Below are positions 56,613-64,000 of a stretch of DNA of 64,000 nucleotides, in pieces. The DNA comes from a virus. The stretch is taken from positions 1-64,000 of the IMG/VR virus record IMGVR_UViG_3300048015_000072; one strand, written 5' to 3'. The position numbers were made by a program, and so were the translations under genes. Every line of letters starts with the position of its first letter. The stretch's first letter is position 1. The notes under the pieces were generated by a model. That model saw only the letters and a list, made by a program, of their open reading frames with translations, was not told the DNA's origin and did not search any database.

Positions 56613-59600
56613 ATGATTTTAACGAAACCGCTACTCCTCGCGCAGGAACGACTCGATTTAGAAGACATGAATGTTTTGTTCGAGTCTTTGCTGGCAGATG
56701 CAAAGTTTCAAACAAAAGAATTTTGGTCGTCAAATCCATACGTTTTCAAAGGTTTTGTTGTATCCGGACTTGGTGGATCTTCTCCCGTAACAGTTGATTT
56801 AACTGACGCCACATTGATAAATGCTGGTAACTCAGGTGACTTTTCTTGGTATGTGGCACCGGCCTCTCCCTCGCCAATTTCAGTTGGTTTAAATGCAGGA
56901 GTTAGAAACTATCTTGAGCTGAGTCTTTCGACCGTAAACGGAACTCCATTGACCAAAGCTTTTTGGGACCCTTCCGCACAAGGGGGCCTTGGACAAGAAT
57001 TTAATCAAACGGTAAACACGACGACTAGCCTTGCAATTTCGGTAAATGTTTTGACCGGGGGTTTTTCGGGATCAACTGATACGGTTCCCTTGGCAATTGT
57101 GGATACCGACATTAACAACAGCGTGGAACTCATCATTGATAAACGCCCAATGTTTTTTAGGCTTGGGACCACAACGAATCCGCTTGCTGGCTTTTCGTGG
57201 GTTTCACAAACTGAGCCGCCAACTACTTTAAATTTGATTTCTGTTACCGGAACTTTTGTTGCCGGAGAAACAATCACGATTGGTTCTGTAACCGCTACTG
57301 TAGTGTCCGGTGGAACTAACCAAATCACCGCAATACTTGTTAGTTCTGATGCAATTGCCGCGGGAGCTACCGTTTCAGGTCAGAGTTCTCTTGCTACTGG
57401 AACTTTGTCTACCGCATCGTCTTCTTTTATTGGGGCAGACAAAAGTATTGGCAATATCAAAGATATGTTTTCGGCTTTGTCCAACGAACTTAGGGCAATT
57501 AAGGGGACTCAATTTTGGTTTAGCCCCGCAATAGCAAGTACTGGCGGAATTCTTAACTTCATCAATTCAGTACTGGCCCCTATTACTTCCGGATCTTCTG
57601 TATCATGGGATGGAAGCTCTTTAAGCATCACTGATTCAAACACTTCTCCCGCTTCAAATGACGTCGTAGCTAAAATTCGAATTTTTGGAAAAAGCTCACA
57701 AATCGGTTTATCCAGGCAAGATGGTAAAGCTGGAACCTCAAAGCTCGCAATCGCTGATGGATCAGTACTTTACGTTCAACTGCCAAGTTCAGGAAGTTTA
57801 AACTTTTCGGGAGCTGGATCGGCATCAACTAATTATCAAACTGCAACTCTTTCGGCTTTTCAACCAAGTGATCAAAATTTCTGGTTGGCATATCGTGAAG
57901 GTTCAAAACTGATATTTCGAGGTACTGGAGAACTTTCTGTAAACGAATCATCTCCAATTGGTGATACCATCCCAGCCTCTCTTTTGAACAACATCGGACT
58001 TGCAGACGAAGTAACTCCAGCAAATTACAGCTCAAACATTAGAGGAACGATTGGCGAAAGCATCGTATCTCGCGTAGGAGTTTTGACGGACGCAGTTGGT
58101 GACGAACAAGAAGACCGATCTGGTTATTTGCGCTCTGACAATCTAGTTACGTGGGATGGATCAAATTTATCTTTTACTTCAGATATTATCCTTGAGTTTT
58201 TGAATACCAAATCGGGAAGTGTAACCGAACATATAATTCCGGCGTCGTTATCCCCGATAGCTATTCCTAGCAACGAAGCGGTTTACGCAGTAATTAACAG
58301 ATCATCAACCAATGAGACTTTGACTCCGATTCATTCTTTGGTCACTGCAATTCCAGCACAGCTTCAAGCCAACAAAGATCTTTTCGTATTCTTCAAACAC
58401 ATAGATTCCGGCGGGAACGCATACCTGCATATTCCATTTATGAAACAAATCCTTGGTCAAGGACAAAGCGTAAGACTTGGTCAATCTGGCGGATCTGGTT
58501 CTGGGAATATTCAAGTTACTTATTACGATCCGAATTCAACCAGTTTGCCAACAGGAACCTCGGTAACAGTTGACGGGGTAATGGCAACCAACGGAGATAC
58601 CGTGCTTTATTCCAATTTAACTACTGGTAATAACCAAATCTACACGTTGAGCGGCGTAGGAAGCTCAATTGTTTGGACTCCGGCTCGCGCATTCAACGGA
58701 GCAATTGCACCTTACCTTGGTGCCACTGTGATCGTTTTAAAAGGTAATGCGTTTGCCAACCAAGTGGGCGAGTACAACGGAAGCACATATAGTTTCAATA
58801 ATGCGGTTCGATACTTCAATGGAAGCGATTATTGGGAACAAAGTTCAATAAACACCGTAGCGATTAGCAACAACACGACCGCCAATGTTTTCATGATCAA
58901 TGCTCCCGGATCAGAAAACATCATAATGGATTATTCCATCATCCGAGGATCAAAAAAAGAAACTGGACGTCTGTACATTACCCAAGACGGACTTGGCAAC
59001 GTCGCTTTTGCAAACGATGCAGCTTACATCAACTCCGCTGGGGTTACTTTCAGCCCATCAATCAATTCGGGAGTGCTGGTATTAAATTACGTTTCCGATA
59101 ATTCTGGTAACAGCGGAACAATGAAGTTTTCTATTAAGCGTTGGTCGGATGCTCCGGGCGGACCCGCGGGAATTCCAAGCTACAGCGGTGGATCAGGAAG
59201 CGTTGCTAGCGGCGCGGCTGGTTCTACTTTAGCTATTCAAATCAATGGGGGCGCTGGAATTTTTGCAGCCGATAACCGATTCCAAATCAATGCTGGTGCA
59301 AACGCCTTAGTTTTGAATGGGTTAAATCAAGAGGTTTTATCTAACCCATTTACGCTTTTAGACGGTCAAAGCAGCCCCACAACGATAGTTTCGTTCGATC
59401 AAAATCTCTTCCCCTTCATTGTATTAGAATATTCATTGAGACGTGGTGGGGATACTCAAGTCGGAAGAATGCTAATCACCAATAACGGAACAACCGCAAG
59501 TCTGGAAGACGATAAGGTTGATACCGCTGCTTTGGGAGTCGCATTCACCGCAAGTTTAAGCGGTGGACAAGTTCTTCTTCAATATATGTCAACCACATCT

Positions 59601-59645
59601 GGTTTTACTTCGATTTTTAAATATGCCGCAAGGAAATGGAGCTAA
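56613..59645 (+). CDS. Tail fibre/baseplate-attached protein
   Basis: 1010 aa, Ser/Thr/Gly-rich; QERLDLED N-terminus. Confidence 0.75.
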   Translation: MILTKPLLLAQERLDLEDMNVLFESLLADAKFQTKEFWSSNPYVFKGFVVSGLGGSSPVTVDLTDATLINAGNSGDFSWYVAPASPSPISVGLNAGVRNYLELSLSTVNGTPLTKAFWDPSAQGGLGQEFNQTVNTTTSLAISVNVLTGGFSGSTDTVPLAIVDTDINNSVELIIDKRPMFFRLGTTTNPLAGFSWVSQTEPPTTLNLISVTGTFVAGETITIGSVTATVVSGGTNQITAILVSSDAIAAGATVSGQSSLATGTLSTASSSFIGADKSIGNIKDMFSALSNELRAIKGTQFWFSPAIASTGGILNFINSVLAPITSGSSVSWDGSSLSITDSNTSPASNDVVAKIRIFGKSSQIGLSRQDGKAGTSKLAIADGSVLYVQLPSSGSLNFSGAGSASTNYQTATLSAFQPSDQNFWLAYREGSKLIFRGTGELSVNESSPIGDTIPASLLNNIGLADEVTPANYSSNIRGTIGESIVSRVGVLTDAVGDEQEDRSGYLRSDNLVTWDGSNLSFTSDIILEFLNTKSGSVTEHIIPASLSPIAIPSNEAVYAVINRSSTNETLTPIHSLVTAIPAQLQANKDLFVFFKHIDSGGNAYLHIPFMKQILGQGQSVRLGQSGGSGSGNIQVTYYDPNSTSLPTGTSVTVDGVMATNGDTVLYSNLTTGNNQIYTLSGVGSSIVWTPARAFNGAIAPYLGATVIVLKGNAFANQVGEYNGSTYSFNNAVRYFNGSDYWEQSSINTVAISNNTTANVFMINAPGSENIIMDYSIIRGSKKETGRLYITQDGLGNVAFANDAAYINSAGVTFSPSINSGVLVLNYVSDNSGNSGTMKFSIKRWSDAPGGPAGIPSYSGGSGSVASGAAGSTLAIQINGGAGIFAADNRFQINAGANALVLNGLNQEVLSNPFTLLDGQSSPTTIVSFDQNLFPFIVLEYSLRRGGDTQVGRMLITNNGTTASLEDDKVDTAALGVAFTASLSGGQVLLQYMSTTSGFTSIFKYAARKWS

Positions 59646-59651
59646 GTAAGT

Positions 59652-61685
59652 ATGTCAAACGTAATGAAGTTTTCAACCCCGATAGTCGTAGGTGTTTTAA
59701 GTGCTGATCCTGTATCGCCTCAAAACGGGTTGATTTACTTCAACTCAAGCTCTCAGACGTATCGATTTTATAATGGTAGTTCTTTTACTACTCTCGGAAC
59801 AAACACGCTTAACAACGGTTCTATTTTCGTTGGTAACGGCTCAAACGTAGCAACGGGCACCGATACTACGGCTCAAGGTGACATCCTTGCTTCTGCAAGT
59901 GGTTTGACCATAAAAGCTGGCGTAATTGTTGATTCCGAAATTTCTGCAACTGCGGCTATCGCACTTAGCAAACTTGCGGCGCTTGCAACGGGTCGCGCAG
60001 TCATTACTGATAACAACGGAATTCTGACTGTATCCGCTACTACTTCTCAGCAAATTGGTTATCTATCAAACGTGACAAGTGATGTTCAGGCCCAAATCAA
60101 TTCCAAACTCAGTTTGAGTGGCGGAACGATGACTGGCGCGATCAACATGAACAACAACTCGATCACCAACTTGCCCTCTCCGACCAACAGCGGGGATGCT
60201 GCAAGCAAGAGTTACGTTGATTCAGCGATTTCTGGACTTGATGTAAAACAATCAGTTCGCGTTGGTACAACTGCGGCTCTTCCTTCGAGCACTTACAGCA
60301 ACGGATCTTCTGGATTAGGTGCAACTCTTACCGCAACAGCCAACGGCGCGTTTAGCACAGTTGATGGCGTCACTCTCGTATTAAATGATCGAATCTTGGT
60401 AAAAAACCAAGCTTCAGCTCTTCAAAACGGTATTTACCAATTAAGTCAGGTTGGTAGCGGAAGTCTTCCTTGGATTTTGACTCGAACTACGGATGCGGAT
60501 AACTCTCCCGCAAACGAAGTTACGGCAGGAATGTTCACTTTTATCGAAGAGGGAACTACTCAAGCCGATACTGGTTGGATTTTAACTGCGGTTAACCCGG
60601 TTACTCTTGGAACTACTGCTCTTTCGTTTAGTCAGTTTTCGAGTGCGGGTATTATTTTAGCTGGAACTGCGTTAAGCAAAGTTGGAAATACCCTTAACGT
60701 AAACGTCGGTAATGGTTTATCCACAGACGGTTCAAACAACCTCGTAGTTCTCAATGCGGATGGTACGATTAACGTATCTTCTGCGGGAATCAAAGTTGGT
60801 TCTGCGAGCTTGACCGATACTCAAATTTCTCCAACTGCCGCTATTGCTAGAAGTAAAATTGCCGCCGGAACCGTTGGTCAAGTCGTAATTAACGATCCAA
60901 CTACTGGTTTGTTATCTTCTGAGGCAAACCTTGCAATCTCCCGCGGAGGAACAAACGCTGCAACTGCACAAGGTGCTATCAACAACATCTCAGGTTTAAC
61001 GACTACGGGTGATTTGTTGTACTTCGACGGAACCAATTCAACTCGACTAGCTCGTGGAACTTCTGGATTTATTTTAACTGCTACCGCGGGTTCAATCGGT
61101 TGGGCAGACGGAAGCACCGTTTTTGCAAAAATTGATTTGAGCAACTTGGCTGGAACTACAGCAATTAACTCGAGTTTATTGCCCGCTTCAGACCTTGCAA
61201 TATCAATAGGATCGACAACCAAGCGTTTTGTTAACGTAAACACTCCCACAATAAATAGCGGAGCTTCAAACCTCCAATTGAATGCTAATAGCGGAGCAAA
61301 CCCGGTTCAAATTGTAAGCTCTCAAGTTCAACGTGGAGCTTCAACTTCTAGGTACGTCAACGAACTGTACGTCGATTCCGTAACTTTGGCCGGTAGTACA
61401 TCGAACACTACCGTAGCCGCCTTTACTGTGGCAACGGCTACCATCGATTCGATGATGATCGATTATAAGGTGAAAGACACTGTCACCAGCACGATCCGCG
61501 TTGGTCGATTGATGATAGCTCAAGACGGAACGAACACTACCATTACGGATATGTTCACTGAAACAGCCGATCAACAAGTTACTTGGACTGCAAGCATCAG
61601 CGGAAGCAACTTGGTCGTTCAATACACGAACGCTTCGGCTAACGCCAAGACCATGAGAGCAGATCTGAAACAGTTCTTGGTCTAA
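59652..61685 (+). CDS. Tail fibre protein
   Basis: LSLSGGTMTGAINM, DAASKSYVD, DVKQSVR...DRILVKNQ...NGIY. Confidence 0.85.
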   Translation: MSNVMKFSTPIVVGVLSADPVSPQNGLIYFNSSSQTYRFYNGSSFTTLGTNTLNNGSIFVGNGSNVATGTDTTAQGDILASASGLTIKAGVIVDSEISATAAIALSKLAALATGRAVITDNNGILTVSATTSQQIGYLSNVTSDVQAQINSKLSLSGGTMTGAINMNNNSITNLPSPTNSGDAASKSYVDSAISGLDVKQSVRVGTTAALPSSTYSNGSSGLGATLTATANGAFSTVDGVTLVLNDRILVKNQASALQNGIYQLSQVGSGSLPWILTRTTDADNSPANEVTAGMFTFIEEGTTQADTGWILTAVNPVTLGTTALSFSQFSSAGIILAGTALSKVGNTLNVNVGNGLSTDGSNNLVVLNADGTINVSSAGIKVGSASLTDTQISPTAAIARSKIAAGTVGQVVINDPTTGLLSSEANLAISRGGTNAATAQGAINNISGLTTTGDLLYFDGTNSTRLARGTSGFILTATAGSIGWADGSTVFAKIDLSNLAGTTAINSSLLPASDLAISIGSTTKRFVNVNTPTINSGASNLQLNANSGANPVQIVSSQVQRGASTSRYVNELYVDSVTLAGSTSNTTVAAFTVATATIDSMMIDYKVKDTVTSTIRVGRLMIAQDGTNTTITDMFTETADQQVTWTASISGSNLVVQYTNASANAKTMRADLKQFLV

Positions 61686-61713
61686 TACCGACGTTTTTAG
61701 TCACTATGAATAC

Positions 61714-61743
61714 AAAGGGTCGTCCCAAAAGGATGGCCCTTTT
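61714..61743 (+). terminator. Rho-independent terminator
   Basis: AAAGGGTCGTCC-CAAAA-GGATGGCCCTTTT. Confidence 0.85.
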
Positions 61744-61839
61744 AATTTGTTCCCGCCTAAATTCACCCCGTTAAATAAGCGAAAATAAGACATCACATCT
61801 AATTAACCCCCTTATGGATTGGGAAGTAGGGAGAGTCTT

Positions 61840-63795
61840 ATGGCTTCAAATTTCATGAAAATTAATAACGGTTTGTCTTTGGGGCCTCAAACGGCTGACC
61901 CAGCAAATCCGATCAATGGCGATTTTTACTACAACTCAAGCCTTGGACAATTTCGAAAATATACCAATGGGGTTTGGAGCAATTTAGGAAGCGGTAGCGG
62001 TGGATCAACCAATTACATTTTAAATCCAGACTGCGAATCCGGAACTACGGGGTGGTCAACCTATTCAAACACAGCGCAAGCTACTCCTGTAACTGGAAGT
62101 GGTGGAAGTCCGGCAAGTACTTTAACCGCAACTTCGACAACTCCGCTCACGGGAAACCAATCATTTTTATTGACTAAATCTGCAAACAACAGACAGGGCG
62201 AAGGAGTTAGTTACGACTTCACAATCGATAACGCATACCAAGCTTCCGTGCTCCAAATCTCTTTCGATTATCAGCCGTCGAGCGGATATTCGTCTGCAAA
62301 CTCGGATCTTCAAGTTTTTATTTATGACAAAACCAATGCGGTTTTAATTCCCGTAACTCCACAAACTTTGATTGGTTCATCTTTAACCCCGTCGACCCAC
62401 TTCAAAGGGACATTTCAAACTGCAATAAACAGTACTTCGTATCGTTTGATTTTTCACATAGCAACTACCAGTACGACTGCATGGACCTTCAAATTTGATA
62501 ACGTAAGCGTTGCTTCTCAAATTACCGAATACGGTTTTGCCGGTTTCGATTTTAAAACATTTACGGGTTCTGGATCATGGACTACCAACACAACTTACAC
62601 CGCTTCTTATGCCCGAATTGGCGACAGTATCAAAGTTCGATACGGGTTAACATTATCGGGAGCACCAAATAACGTAAATTTAACTTTAAATCTCCCTCCA
62701 GGACTTTCGATAGATACTACAAAATTGGTTGGTACTGGCTCTATTCCTGTTGGATTTGGGGGTGCAGCAAGAAGCGGAGTTTTTACTTTTCAACTTCAAG
62801 CTTCTTACAATAGTGCAACGTCGGTTTATATTTCCAACTTTGTAACTCAATCCGGTTCCAACCCAGTCAACGTAAGCGGAAACCAACAAGTCAATGGCAC
62901 AACTCCGTTTACTTTTGGTTCTGGAGATTATTTTAACGTCGAATTTACAGTGCCAATAATTGGTTTTAGCTCGAACGTAATCGTAAGTTCGGACGCCAAT
63001 ACTCGGGTAATAAGTTTTAGCGGTAGTCAAACTTCGCAAGCGGTAACAAATTCTACGAATATTGCGTTCACTTCTAATTTTGATCGAGCAGGAGCGTGGA
63101 ATGGAACTCAATACGTTGTTCCCGTAGCGGGTGATTATGTAGTTAGTGGATCTTATATTGCAAGCTCTTTGTCCACTGGGCAAGTTTTTAAAAACGGGGC
63201 GTTTGTTGGATATTTTGCGACTGCTAATTCTTCGGGAGAAGTTACTGGAGGATCAGTTCTTGTTACCAACTGTAAAATTGGTGATTTACTTTCAATAGTA
63301 AATAACGGATCAACAACAGCGTCCTCCGGGCAAATAGGTATTTATTTACTTACTGGCCCTTCTCAAATCGCCTCAAGCGAAAGTGTAAACGCAAAATATC
63401 AGAATGCGGCGGGAACCGCTTTAAATACCGCATTCTCTCCTCAAACAATACCCTACGCGACCAAAATTTTTGACTCTCATTCGGCATGGAATGGAACCCA
63501 ATATGTAGTTCCCATTGCGGGGAAATACTTCGTAGCTGTAAATATGAATACAAACGCTGCGGCGGGAGGAGGATCAAGGCTCCAAATAAACATAAATCAA
63601 AATGGTGTTATACAAGCAGCACAGGACTATTATGTTTCTACTATAGGCGCAGTAGGTGGCGGTTTATCCACGTTATTAAATTGCCTTCCTGGTGATTTAA
63701 TTACAATTTCGGCTGCCGTTGACGGTGGAGGTTCAGATTCTTTAACCACAAACACTGCTCAAAATACCGTATCCATTTTTAGACAAGGAAACTAA
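61840..63795 (+). CDS. Tail fibre/receptor-binding protein (CBM-like plus two C1q-like repeats)
   Basis: NYILNPDCE...; WNGTQYVVP(V/I)AG.Y x2; start ATG 61840 after GGGAG. Confidence 0.75.
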   Translation: MASNFMKINNGLSLGPQTADPANPINGDFYYNSSLGQFRKYTNGVWSNLGSGSGGSTNYILNPDCESGTTGWSTYSNTAQATPVTGSGGSPASTLTATSTTPLTGNQSFLLTKSANNRQGEGVSYDFTIDNAYQASVLQISFDYQPSSGYSSANSDLQVFIYDKTNAVLIPVTPQTLIGSSLTPSTHFKGTFQTAINSTSYRLIFHIATTSTTAWTFKFDNVSVASQITEYGFAGFDFKTFTGSGSWTTNTTYTASYARIGDSIKVRYGLTLSGAPNNVNLTLNLPPGLSIDTTKLVGTGSIPVGFGGAARSGVFTFQLQASYNSATSVYISNFVTQSGSNPVNVSGNQQVNGTTPFTFGSGDYFNVEFTVPIIGFSSNVIVSSDANTRVISFSGSQTSQAVTNSTNIAFTSNFDRAGAWNGTQYVVPVAGDYVVSGSYIASSLSTGQVFKNGAFVGYFATANSSGEVTGGSVLVTNCKIGDLLSIVNNGSTTASSGQIGIYLLTGPSQIASSESVNAKYQNAAGTALNTAFSPQTIPYATKIFDSHSAWNGTQYVVPIAGKYFVAVNMNTNAAAGGGSRLQININQNGVIQAAQDYYVSTIGAVGGGLSTLLNCLPGDLITISAAVDGGGSDSLTTNTAQNTVSIFRQGN

Positions 63796-63797
63796 AA

Positions 63798-64000
63798 ATG
63801 AGTAAAACCATAAAGGAGTACACCAATTCTTTAGGGTTAATTACGGCAGGTCCCCCTGATTTCAACGGGGGAGATACTTGTTCTCGCCAAATGACTATTG
63901 GTTATTGCACAAAAATATGTTTTCCCGAACGTGACATTTTTGCGGACTACGAAAACAAATTAAATTTACTTTTAGACAAACCAACCAACCATTACATACG
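63798..64000 (+). CDS. Hypothetical protein, 3'-truncated by the window
   Basis: AAGGA RBS; open to the window end (MSKTIKEYTNSLGLI...GGDT). Confidence 0.5.
   Translation, partial: MSKTIKEYTNSLGLITAGPPDFNGGDTCSRQMTIGYCTKICFPERDIFADYENKLNLLLDKPTNHYI

Noticed and set aside
614-63695. Numerous antisense or overlapping ORFs in the track (e.g. 614-1024, 14115-14576, 29875-30285, 62686-63183)
   Set aside because: Shadow frames of strong genes with no RBS or recognisable motifs
1-64000. Genome-wide stop-codon reassignment
   Set aside because: TAA, TAG and TGA all end well-defined genes and coding density is high in the standard code; only one suspicious in-frame stop (11945)
1-64000. CRISPR array, diversity-generating retroelement or retron
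   Set aside because: No regularly spaced repeat-spacer array, no reverse transcriptase and no adenine-specific TR/VR pair seen; the fibre repeat at 63097/63487 differs mainly at synonymous positions

Overview
This 64-kb window is part of a large temperate myovirus (contractile-tailed phage) genome in the standard genetic code. The + strand carries the virion module in the usual order: scaffold-like protein, SPO1/Twort-type major capsid protein, Gly/Ser/Thr-rich decoration or fibre genes, head adaptor, modular capsid-cargo polyproteins, neck, sheath, tube, two tail chaperones, tape measure, hub, spike, baseplate and three tail fibres. Two accessory blocks interrupt it. The first (23.4-28.7 kb) holds a tyrosine integrase with an att site derived from tRNA-fMet and a metallophosphoesterase. 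The second (34.8-49.5 kb) holds a UDG-like protein, serine recombinase, lipoproteins, an outer-membrane beta-barrel, a metallophosphoesterase, MazG and Nfu. The host is inferred, not verified, to be a flagellated Gram-negative bacterium, possibly Bdellovibrionota. The most notable observations are: (1) two promoter-delimited, tRNA-like structured ncRNA candidates (18895-19004 and 39638-39791); (2) an att region whose arm repeats copy the host tRNA-fMet sequence while the 7-nt T-loop segment is non-homologous; (3) a genome-wide GGTTAAATA operator that sits inside promoters; (4) cargo polyproteins tagged with hydrophobic-x-K-[S/A/G] motifs, one split by a single in-frame TAA; (5) many leaderless mRNAs. 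All calls come from reading the sequence and recalling motifs; no searches or folding programs were run.
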